Assembly (NCBI GenBank): GCA_938075155.1
Contig: CALJGL010000023.1
Coordinates: forward strand, 42,987 to 106,986
From: an uncultured bacterium
Lineage (GTDB): Bacteria > Planctomycetota > UBA8108 > UBA1146
Length of the DNA: 64,000 bases
Direction: 5' to 3'
This document shows, one piece after another, positions 46,775 through 55,086 of the stretch. Numbering within the stretch: position 1 is the first letter of the stretch; each line of letters opens with the position of its first letter. The position numbers were made by a program, and so were the translations under genes. The notes under the pieces are model-generated. The model made no database searches, was not told the DNA's origin, and saw nothing but the letters and a program-made list of their open reading frames with translations.

Positions 46775-47872
46775 ATGATTTTAAAATTGTTCTATGGTTC
46801 TTCAAGCCTAGGGCGAGCCGCCCTCATGGTTGCGCTGGGAATATTGCCACTTGCAGCATTGGGTTTGAATCACGATCCGTTATCAGGACAAGTACCGGGT
46901 TCCCCGCGTATCGAGTGTGATAATCCACTTGTTGAATGGGGAGAGCTTATCAAGGAAACCCCATTCACCCATGAATTCGAAATTAAGAATACGGGTGACG
47001 AGGTCTTGATCATTCAAAAAGTTAACGGCACCTGAGGTTGCACGGTCGCCGATCACGACGACCAAATCCCCCCCGGTGGGGTGGGAAAAGTTTCAGTAAC
47101 TCTCGATACAAAAAAGGTTCGGGGTAAAGGTGTCGCCAAGAACTTGAAGGTATTCTCCAATGATCCGGTGAACCCTGAATATACTTTGACTTTGAAAGGG
47201 ACGATTCTCGAAATCCTCGAAACCCGTCCTCTTCAACTGAAGTTGCTAGGGCTTGCTGGTACCGCCCTCAATGGAAGTTTTACTTTCAACGCGGGATCAC
47301 CGCTGGATGTAGAGATCACAGAGATACGATCCGCAGGAAAGCGTGTGACGGCGTCAGAGCCTGTCGTGCAAGAGGCCGGGCGGTCCTTTGAGATCACCCT
47401 GGACGCTGCACCCAATAACAAGCCTGCGATTCTGAGAGAAAAGCTATATCTGGACGTGAAAACAAGTGACGGAGTTGATCGTACTCTTGAATTTAATGTT
47501 CAGATTGACCACCGGGACCGCATCGTTCTTCAACCCAAGAACAACATCAAGTTCATGGACAAGGAGACGAAGGGACTGCTCAAGGATGGTTCTCCAATTG
47601 AGAAGAGTATTCTCGTAACAGGAGGAGACCCTTCAATTCAATTTGAGGTGACTGGTGTTGCTTTGGACGATCGTATTAAGGATGCATTCAGTACCAGAGT
47701 TCAGGAAGTTGTTCCTGGCAAGAGCTATCGTGTTTGGATCAAGTTGTCAGAATACCAGTCGACGCCAACGGTTCTTGGCAAGATGACGATTCAAACAAGC
47801 GACGAGATGAAAAAAGAGATCTCTATCTGGGTGATGGGCCAGTTCCCGCAGAAACGCCAAACTGCACCCTGA
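46775..47872 (+). CDS. DUF1573-domain secreted protein, a single reading frame interrupted by one in-frame TGA at 47036-47038. It is either a selenocysteine codon or a disrupted gene. The ORF track splits it into 46742-47035 and 47081-47872, which share one frame.
   Basis: Signal peptide MILKLFYGSSSLGRAALMVALGILPLAALG. DUF1573 signature region EIKNTGDEVLIIQKVNGT-[TGA]-GCTVA...IPPGGVGKVSV. The TGA sits where the family has the first Cys of its conserved CGC motif. Confidence 0.5.
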
Positions 47873-47900
47873 TGGTGTTTTAATTTTTCGTTGTTCAATA

Positions 47901-47947
47901 AATGAGCCTGCCACCCTTCATCGGTTGGCAGGCTCATTTGTTTCTCT
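47901..47947 (+). terminator. Rho-independent terminator after the DUF1573 gene
   Basis: 13-bp perfect stem aatgagcctgcca / tggcaggctcatt followed by a T-rich tail. Confidence 0.7.
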
Positions 47948-48171
47948 ATCGCTCAGCTGGTTGCGGAACTAAAGTGAACTAGCCTTGTTATCGTTTATAC
48001 TGCATCAGCGAATGTCAGGAGAGTTACGTCAGTTAGAGGGTGCGGAGAGCTGCGAATACAGCCATAATAGACCTAGCCCGGTTATTTGAGATTATCGTCA
48101 CTCGTGGACCTTTCGATATTTGGATCTACTGCGATCAACTCTCTCTGCGGAGGGGGTAAGTATCTCCGGCT

Positions 48172-50127
48172 ATGTTATTTTTGGAGAACTCGATGAAGTT
48201 CACTAGTGCTCTGGTGGGAAGATCTTATCTATGGCTGCTTTTCGTCGCATGCCTCCTAGGCGATGGACGTGAATCCTACGCCCAATTTCAAATTAGCAGT
48301 CCTGTTCCCACTTCTGTTGGTATCACAATTGCGGCCGCGGTTATATCGGACGTCACAGGTGATGGCATTGTAGATCTGTGTTCTATCGATGCCGGTGGCC
48401 AAATTGTAATTGCTACAGGGTTTGGCGATGGGGTTCATGGAGAAATCCAATCCTTCGACTATGGAGCTGGCATCGATGGTCTTGTCAGAGCGATCGCTGC
48501 TGGTGATTTGGATGCAGACGGAGACGAAGATCTTGTCTTTACGTGGTCTCATCCTCTTGGCGTGGGAGGATTTCTCTCGATAGTGCCCTTTGAGTTAGGA
48601 ATCCCGGGTAGTCGAATTGATTTCTCTCTTGATCAACAAGTCAACCGCACCCCATTTGATATTGAGGTGGGGGATTTGAATCAGGATGGTCGCCTTGATT
48701 TAATCGCTGGTACAAACATTCTTGACCAGGCGTTTCAGCCGGCCTATGTATCTGTGCTTATGGGTGATGCTGCTGCAATACCGGGAGTGATGTCATTTGA
48801 AACTCCGGTGCACTATTTCAGGTCTTCGATGGTTAGGGATGTCCATTTGGAGGACCTTGATGCAGATGGTGATCATGACGTCATCATGACTTGTAGAGGC
48901 GGGAATAGCCTTTCAGTTTTCGAGAATGTCGGCGCAGGAATACTCACATTCGCTTCAGAAACATTATTCCCTCTATCGCCTGAACCCTATGCGGTGAAAA
49001 CAACCGATCTTGATGGAGACGGTGTCATGGATATTCTCTTGGGGACATGGCAGACGAAATCCCTGATCCCATTGTTGGGCTTGGGAAACCTTCAATATTC
49101 TCGTCAAAACGAGATTGAATTGGGGCAATTGGGTTGGGGGGTGATGCACCGATTCGAACTTGAAGATATGAATGGAGATGGCCACCTTGATGCCGTTGCT
49201 CCTTTCTCAAGTGGAGTGATTTCTATCCACTATGGAGATGGAGAAGGGGATTTTGAACCCGGGCCTTTCTTTGTCACTTATCAAAGTGCCAAGTCTCTGT
49301 GGTTTCATGATCTGGATAATAGTGGAACTCGGGAGATGGTTTTAGAGCATACTGATCTGAAGCTCTTTACGACATTCTTTGGAGCTTTTGAATTGCGAGG
49401 GCATGTCTATTTTGATTCCCAAAGAATTCCGGCAGGTCTGGAGTCTGATCTGGTTCTTAAAGGGATCGCAAACCTTGGAATCAGAGGGATTGATACTGCC
49501 ATCGATATTGATAGAGCCCTCTTGATCCCATTGGATTTAGTACCCTCTCAAGCTGTCATGTTGGCCACTGGAGGGCTTGGCCCGGATTTTTGGTCCGTAG
49601 ACCTCGGGGTAAATCCTCAGGACCCTGTGACTCTCAGTTCGATTCTTCAGGGAAATGGTCAGGGTGGATTGGGTGCTGGGCTGATCAATGAGGTTGCGAT
49701 TCTTGGAGTGCAGACTGCTTCTCTTTCGAATCCAATACAGACGACGATAGCTCCTGCTCCTTTGAGTATCGGTGGCCCAACGCTCTCCTTGACTGGTGGC
49801 ATATCTACCTCTGTGAATGCAGGTACTGGCTGGTTGGATATTGAAGTACCCAAAAGGTTTGTTCGAGGAGACGTGAATCAGAATGGTGACGTTAATGTGG
49901 GAGATGCCGTCATTCTATTGAGAAGACTCTTTGGATTGGATTCTCCGGGACAGTGTCTTGCAGCCGAGGATGCTGACGGAGATGGAGCGACTGATATTGG
50001 TGACGCGGTTCGAATTCTGACCTACTTGTTCTCTAGTGGAATCCCTCCCGTTGAGCCATTCCCAGGGTGTGGTTTGGCAGCTGACCCATTACTCATTGAA
50101 TGTGAATTTCATTCCTACTGCCCATAA
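48172..50127 (+). CDS. Secreted FG-GAP/VCBS-repeat (integrin-alpha-like beta-propeller) protein with a C-terminal dockerin-like module
   Basis: Signal peptide. FG-GAP Ca-binding loops (DLDADGDEDLVF, DLNQDGRLDLIAG, DLDADGDHDVIMT, DLDGDGVMDILLG, DMNGDGHLDAVA). C-terminus RGDVNQNGDVNVGDAVILLRRLF...EDADGDGATDIGDAVRILTYLFSSGIPPVEPFPGCG...C...C. Confidence 0.75.
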   Translation: MLFLENSMKFTSALVGRSYLWLLFVACLLGDGRESYAQFQISSPVPTSVGITIAAAVISDVTGDGIVDLCSIDAGGQIVIATGFGDGVHGEIQSFDYGAGIDGLVRAIAAGDLDADGDEDLVFTWSHPLGVGGFLSIVPFELGIPGSRIDFSLDQQVNRTPFDIEVGDLNQDGRLDLIAGTNILDQAFQPAYVSVLMGDAAAIPGVMSFETPVHYFRSSMVRDVHLEDLDADGDHDVIMTCRGGNSLSVFENVGAGILTFASETLFPLSPEPYAVKTTDLDGDGVMDILLGTWQTKSLIPLLGLGNLQYSRQNEIELGQLGWGVMHRFELEDMNGDGHLDAVAPFSSGVISIHYGDGEGDFEPGPFFVTYQSAKSLWFHDLDNSGTREMVLEHTDLKLFTTFFGAFELRGHVYFDSQRIPAGLESDLVLKGIANLGIRGIDTAIDIDRALLIPLDLVPSQAVMLATGGLGPDFWSVDLGVNPQDPVTLSSILQGNGQGGLGAGLINEVAILGVQTASLSNPIQTTIAPAPLSIGGPTLSLTGGISTSVNAGTGWLDIEVPKRFVRGDVNQNGDVNVGDAVILLRRLFGLDSPGQCLAAEDADGDGATDIGDAVRILTYLFSSGIPPVEPFPGCGLAADPLLIECEFHSYCP

Positions 50128-50171
50128 AAAAACCACCTTCAACTTTTGGAGTTAAAGGTGGTTTATTTTTT
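50125..50171. terminator. Bidirectional terminator between convergent genes
   Basis: A-run, then ccaccttcaact-tttgg-agttaaaggtgg hairpin (one mismatch), then T-run. Confidence 0.7.
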
Positions 50172-50190
50172 GAAATGTACAGGGATGGGC

Positions 50191-50769
50191 CTAGGCGCGA
50201 AGTTCGCTTCCAGCTAGGCGCACTACTCGACGAGCGAGTTCTTCCGGGTCAAAAGGTTTGGCGAGAATGTCGTCGGCACCCAAGAGGCGGGCTCTGTCCA
50301 ACTCGGCTTGCTCCATGGCACTGATCACCAAAATCTTGGTCTTGCTCAGTTCTGGGGCGAGTCTGACATATTCAATGACGTCGAATCCACCTAGACCAGG
50401 AACTCGAAGATCGAGTGTCATCACGCATGGGAGGTGCTCTCTCAAGAGTGATCCCGCAGTGAAGCCATCCTGAGCCATGAATACATCAAAGTTATGTTTT
50501 CTCAGGGTGATTTCGATGGCTTTGGAGACGGTGGGTTCTTTCTCGACGACGAGTACTCGACGCGCGAGGTGCAGGAAATCTCTCGGAATGGGAATGTTGT
50601 TTTCCCTTAGAAACGAGATGAAGTTGCTGATTTCGACGCGGTTATCTCCACGACCGGGCAGCTGATATGCACGTAGCTGACCACGCTGAATCCAGCGAAT
50701 AACTGTACGAAAGTTTACGCCGCAATAACTGGCGATTTCTCCCGTAGTAAGGGTTCTCTTATCGTTCAT
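50191..50769 (-). CDS. Response regulator with reversed architecture: N-terminal MerR/excisionase-type HTH and C-terminal receiver domain. The ORF track extends to 50814; the start at 50769 has a GAGGAG SD 7 nt upstream.
   Basis: HTH in LTTGEIASYCGVNFRTVIRWIQRGQLRAYQLPGRGDNRV. Receiver-like C-terminal half (VLVVEKEPT..., VMTLDLRVPGLGGFDVIEYV, KILVISAMEQ, DDILAKPFDPEEL) with a conserved Asp in TLDLRVPG and K in AKPF. Confidence 0.7.
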   Translation of the reverse strand: MNDKRTLTTGEIASYCGVNFRTVIRWIQRGQLRAYQLPGRGDNRVEISNFISFLRENNIPIPRDFLHLARRVLVVEKEPTVSKAIEITLRKHNFDVFMAQDGFTAGSLLREHLPCVMTLDLRVPGLGGFDVIEYVRLAPELSKTKILVISAMEQAELDRARLLGADDILAKPFDPEELARRVVRLAGSELRA

Positions 50770-51026
50770 CCCACACTCCTCGCACATTACTCTACCTCGG
50801 TTAACAAATTTCAACTCGCAATGAAATTTGTAGTGAAGTCGGAAATCCCAATTGTCGTAACTGATTGATTGGGTGCAGGTTCCGGCTTCTCTTGTAAATC
50901 AACTATACACATATTGTATGTTTGTTAGTCATTTTGTCAATAGTTAGGAATGTCTATATCCGGTCCTGCAGTCCCGATTGGCCAAAAAATACCGGAGTGA
51001 ACTCAAGTTCTTTATGTGTGTCTTAA

Positions 51027-53195
51027 TCAAGGACAGTTTTGTCCTGTTTGGCAGGGAAGGAAATCTTGTGTCGGCGTATCAATTCCACAAGTCGCTCCCG
51101 GTGCTGCCGGTGCTAAGCCACCTGAATAAAGAAAGAGAAGCATGAATACAGGGTCACTGATGTCGATGTTTCCATCATCGTTCGTATCCACAGCATCTAA
51201 ACAGGTGTGATTTACAGATTGGAACAGGATGGAAAGCTGAGAGGAGACATCCGCTAGGTTTCTAATCCCGTCCAAATTGACATCTCCACGAATAAACAGT
51301 GGGCCTGGACTCGGACAAAAGATCTGACAGCTGACGGGCAGAAGAAGAGCTCCACAGGTACTGACGGGTGTCAATATCGCTGTCGTATTCAATCCTAGAG
51401 GCGCAGGGAGTGTGACCGAGGTTACATTTCCCGGGAGGGTCAGTGAGGTCGCACCCAGTTGAAGATTAATAGAACTGTAACTGGATTCATTCACCCATGT
51501 CAGATCAGCGATACAGGTTGCTGTATCGAGATTGCAGATCAAATTGGAGATAGGGATCTGTGGAATCAGAGGAGGAACATTTATCTCACAACAACTTGCG
51601 CCTGTTGCGGGGGTGAACCCTCCCAGACTCGGTTCGACACAGTATGTCATCATTCCTGATAAACCTGGATCGTGGACGAGTGAAGTTTCGGTTCCTAATA
51701 CCGTCGTGATTGGCAATAATTGGGAGGGATCAGGTCCACCTGAAATGAGGAAAAAGTCTGCGGGGCCAGCGGACTCCCAATTCAGAGTGACTTCTTGCGA
51801 GCAAGGGTTGGGAATGCTGCATGAGAAATCGAGAAGAGGGAGAGGTCTTTGATCGTAGAAGATCGCTCCTAGGTCAGGAGCTGTGTTGTCGGGGTCTAAT
51901 CCGTACAGAGGGTCACCTGCGTCGATGGCGGGAGAATTGGGATCTAGTGAGAAATCTTCAATGAGTGGGTTCGTAAATACGGGGTCGAAGAGGAACACTG
52001 TTGATCCGGGATACCCCGAGGAAATGACGCTGTAGTCGACCTGCGCCAATGTTGGAATATCGATCTCCAAAGTAACTGGATTCCATAATAGGCAGTGATT
52101 CACAAGCAAGGTCGATAAAGCTCCTCCTGAATTTGTTGGAGGATAGAACACTCCTCCTGAACTTCCTCCTGAACTTCCTCCAGAGGTGTTTCCAGTGATG
52201 GTTGACCTGTGTATTTCAACTTCGGTCAGGTTGATCGTGGAAGCGATCGCACCACCATTGGTATTCGCGGTATTCGAAGCGATGATACTGGAGTTGATGC
52301 TGAGGGTTCCGCCGTCGAGTCCAATTCCTCCACCGCGGCTACTGAAGTTTCCTATGATAGATGAGGAATCGATCGTCGTCGTACTTTGATAAAGGGTGAT
52401 TGCTCCACCCAAAAGTGAAGCTTGATTATTACTCAGCTGAAGATTCGACATTGTGATGGCGGAGATTCTCGAATAGATTCCTCCTCCAATAATGGCGGAG
52501 TTATTCTGAAAGCTACATGTGTTGATGCTGACTTGAGAGCACAGATTGAGAGTGATTCCTCCTCCGGCTGTCAGTGAAGAGTTATTACTGAAGCTACAGT
52601 TCTGAAGATTGATGACTCCACAGTTGGACAGGTAGATTCCTGCGCCCTCCAATGCGTTATTGCCTGAGATCGACACATCGGAAAGATCGAGTGAAAGCGT
52701 TTCTTCTGCATAGAGCCCAGATCCGAATTCAGCAGAATTCCCACTGAGGACACAGTTTTTGATGGTGGGGGAGGCGATAAATATTCGAATCCCGCCCCCT
52801 CGTCGGTAAGTTCCAGAAGAATCGGTAATAGGCCTTCCCGTTCCTCCTGTGATTGTGAATCCGTCTAGTATGGCGAGTTCGGTTTCTCCACCGGAGAAGG
52901 TGACAGTGGCTCCTTCATCAGGGCCCAGAGTGAGCAGTGATCCATCGATCGTCGTTTGGTCTGATCCTGCTGTGGAAAGGATGGAGATGTCTTTTCCTAT
53001 GTATGAGAGGTTTTCTTGGTAGGTGCCAGGTGAGACTAAGATCTGGTCGCCCGAATAAGCAGCGAAGATCGCTTGCTGAATGGTGGGGTACTCCGAGGGG
53101 ACCAAGAGGTCGATCGCTTCTGCCTGTGTTACTGAAAAGCATAAGAAGAGAATCGATAGCATCGATTTCAGCGGTTTCAGGAGATTCAATGTCAT
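51027..53195 (-). CDS. Secreted right-handed parallel beta-helix (pectate-lyase-fold) protein with a C-terminal dockerin-like module
   Basis: Signal peptide MTLNLLKPLKSMLSILFLCFSVTQAEA. Numerous beta-helix rung repeats (NNSAIIGGGIY, GNFSSRGGGIGL, NTANTNGGAIA). C-terminus RGDVNLDGIRNLADVSSQLSILF...DTNDDGNIDISDPVFMLLFLYSGGLAPAAPGATCGIDTPTQDFLPC...C. Confidence 0.75.
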   Translation of the reverse strand: MTLNLLKPLKSMLSILFLCFSVTQAEAIDLLVPSEYPTIQQAIFAAYSGDQILVSPGTYQENLSYIGKDISILSTAGSDQTTIDGSLLTLGPDEGATVTFSGGETELAILDGFTITGGTGRPITDSSGTYRRGGGIRIFIASPTIKNCVLSGNSAEFGSGLYAEETLSLDLSDVSISGNNALEGAGIYLSNCGVINLQNCSFSNNSSLTAGGGITLNLCSQVSINTCSFQNNSAIIGGGIYSRISAITMSNLQLSNNQASLLGGAITLYQSTTTIDSSSIIGNFSSRGGGIGLDGGTLSINSSIIASNTANTNGGAIASTINLTEVEIHRSTITGNTSGGSSGGSSGGVFYPPTNSGGALSTLLVNHCLLWNPVTLEIDIPTLAQVDYSVISSGYPGSTVFLFDPVFTNPLIEDFSLDPNSPAIDAGDPLYGLDPDNTAPDLGAIFYDQRPLPLLDFSCSIPNPCSQEVTLNWESAGPADFFLISGGPDPSQLLPITTVLGTETSLVHDPGLSGMMTYCVEPSLGGFTPATGASCCEINVPPLIPQIPISNLICNLDTATCIADLTWVNESSYSSINLQLGATSLTLPGNVTSVTLPAPLGLNTTAILTPVSTCGALLLPVSCQIFCPSPGPLFIRGDVNLDGIRNLADVSSQLSILFQSVNHTCLDAVDTNDDGNIDISDPVFMLLFLYSGGLAPAAPGATCGIDTPTQDFLPCQTGQNCP

Positions 53196-53595
53196 TCCTC
53201 CATGGGTGCATACGTGTATGGGTCTCAGCGGGGTTACTTCGGTATAGCCTTACTTCCATTTGGCAATCTTGGTGGGCTATCTAGGCTATCGTTAGTAATC
53301 CCATTGTACACCTATGTATGCACATTTATATGTTGGGGCGAGGTTCATAGGGAAAAGGCATAAGTGGCAATAACCACTGCTATTTGTCACTTTGGGCGAA
53401 AGTATCTTCTTCCGGGTAATATTTCCGGTTCTATTCATTGATCTTTGGCAGGATAGACAAAAAACTCGCCCTAGTTACAATCGGGCATACGAACTCTTTT
53501 TGTTAACGACTGCTCCCCGGCTGGCCGTGGCACTTTGCCCAGACCAGTTTAGGAGTCGTAAAGATCCAATGGGGCCATTGCCCCGCGGAGGACCG

Positions 53596-55029
53596 ATGCT
53601 GAACCAAAGCCGAATCTTCTCCAAGTTCTGTTTACTCGTCTGCGTTGTGGGCCTCCTCGGAGGTTGCTTCGGACGCAGTTCAAAGATCCAGGCACCTGCT
53701 CCCTTCAGTTACCCCCAGCAAGATTGGGTTTTGACGGTCGGTGATCCGATAGAGATCCCTGCACCCGAGATTTTCGGTCCCGTCCCTCTAGGGTGGGCAG
53801 TGTCACCGCAGTTACCAGCAGGTCTTTCATTCAATGAAGACAATGGTTCGATCTCCGGAATTCCTCAGGAGCCGTGCCCTCGGAACTTCTTTACGGTGAC
53901 GGCTTCGAACTTTGGTGGACAAACGAGCTATGGCATCTCCATCAGAGTATTACCAGAGGCTCCCTGTGATCTTGCATACCCCGTCACAGAGGTGACAGGC
54001 GTTCTTGCGTTTGCAGAGTTTCCGACTCTCGTCCCCTCCCTCGGTTGTGGAGGTTCGAACGATTACAGTATTGATCCCGCATTGCCTGAGGGTCTTTTGC
54101 TCGACATGTACACAGGAATCATCAGTGGAACTCCATTGATCAGTCATGGTCCACAAGAACATCAGATCACTGCGAGTAACGAAAGTGGCTCTGCAGTAAC
54201 GAGTTTGTTGATCGAGATCTTGCCTGCAGGCCCATGCGGACTCGTCTATGAAGAATCCGACAAAGTTGTTGCTCCAAATGCTGATATGGATCCGATTCTT
54301 CCGACCGTAGGTTGTGGAGAAGCTGAGATTTGGGAGATTAACCCTTCCTTGCCAGCTGGAGTAAACCTTGATCCCGCGACCGGAGTGATCAATGGTAATC
54401 CTTCAGTCGAGACCAATAGAATCGTCTACACGATTACCGCTTCAAATGAACATGGATCTGACAGTACTGAAGTAGCTTTACGTATCTCTCCAGTGTTCAT
54501 CTTTGAAATCGATCAACTGAGTGGATCCTTCAATCCTGAAACAGGTGAAGGTGGAGCTCAGGCCAGAATCATTTTGACTGAGGGAGAAGATAACGAGACT
54601 TTCCCAACGCAGATTCAACTGCTGTCTCTGGCATTGGCGCACGATCCCGAAAGTTTGGACGTCACTTCAATCGAACCCGGAGAAGACCTTGCAGGGTTGA
54701 ACGGTGGAGAGGGCCCCGACTTCTTTACGCCGTTCGAAACGTCGACAGGATTTACCCTTGGAATCGTGTTTTCCTTTAGTCCTGATTTCCCTGGAATCAG
54801 CGCAGAAACTCCGACCGAGATCGCTGTTGTTAACTACGTGACCGTTCCTGAAAACACCTCTGGAGATGCGGATTCAATCCTATCCAGTTTGGCGTGGGGA
54901 AATCCCGTAGCAGGTCAACCTGGTGTTCCCTATGTCGAGAACACCGTCGTATTAGATGGTGTGACCGGGATTCTACCTGTGACCATTGATAACAATGTTG
55001 AACTGGTTGCGGAAACTTCTGGCGAGTGA
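53596..55029 (+). CDS. Lipoprotein with about four He_PIG (putative Ig) repeats and a C-terminal cohesin-like domain (candidate scaffoldin). The ORF track begins at 53392; Met 53596 has a GGAGGA SD and gives lipobox LLGGC.
   Basis: Signal and lipobox MLNQSRIFSKFCLLVCVVGLLGGCFG. Repeats with PCDLAYP...LGCGG...IDPALPEGLLLD..TGIISGTP. C-terminal about 175 aa with ...LNGGEGPDFFTPFETSTGFTLGIVFSF..., shared with the next two genes. Confidence 0.7.
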   Translation: MLNQSRIFSKFCLLVCVVGLLGGCFGRSSKIQAPAPFSYPQQDWVLTVGDPIEIPAPEIFGPVPLGWAVSPQLPAGLSFNEDNGSISGIPQEPCPRNFFTVTASNFGGQTSYGISIRVLPEAPCDLAYPVTEVTGVLAFAEFPTLVPSLGCGGSNDYSIDPALPEGLLLDMYTGIISGTPLISHGPQEHQITASNESGSAVTSLLIEILPAGPCGLVYEESDKVVAPNADMDPILPTVGCGEAEIWEINPSLPAGVNLDPATGVINGNPSVETNRIVYTITASNEHGSDSTEVALRISPVFIFEIDQLSGSFNPETGEGGAQARIILTEGEDNETFPTQIQLLSLALAHDPESLDVTSIEPGEDLAGLNGGEGPDFFTPFETSTGFTLGIVFSFSPDFPGISAETPTEIAVVNYVTVPENTSGDADSILSSLAWGNPVAGQPGVPYVENTVVLDGVTGILPVTIDNNVELVAETSGE

Positions 55030-55086
55030 TCAACTTCACATTTTTGAATCTAGTCATACTAACGAAGTTATCTTTGAAGAGGAAAA

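Noticed and set aside
46742-47035. Treating the N-terminal 97-aa ORF as an independent small gene
   Set aside because: It is in the same frame as 47081-47872, separated by a single TGA. Together they reconstitute a complete DUF1573 domain split exactly at its conserved Cys motif. So it is one gene, either Sec-containing or disrupted.
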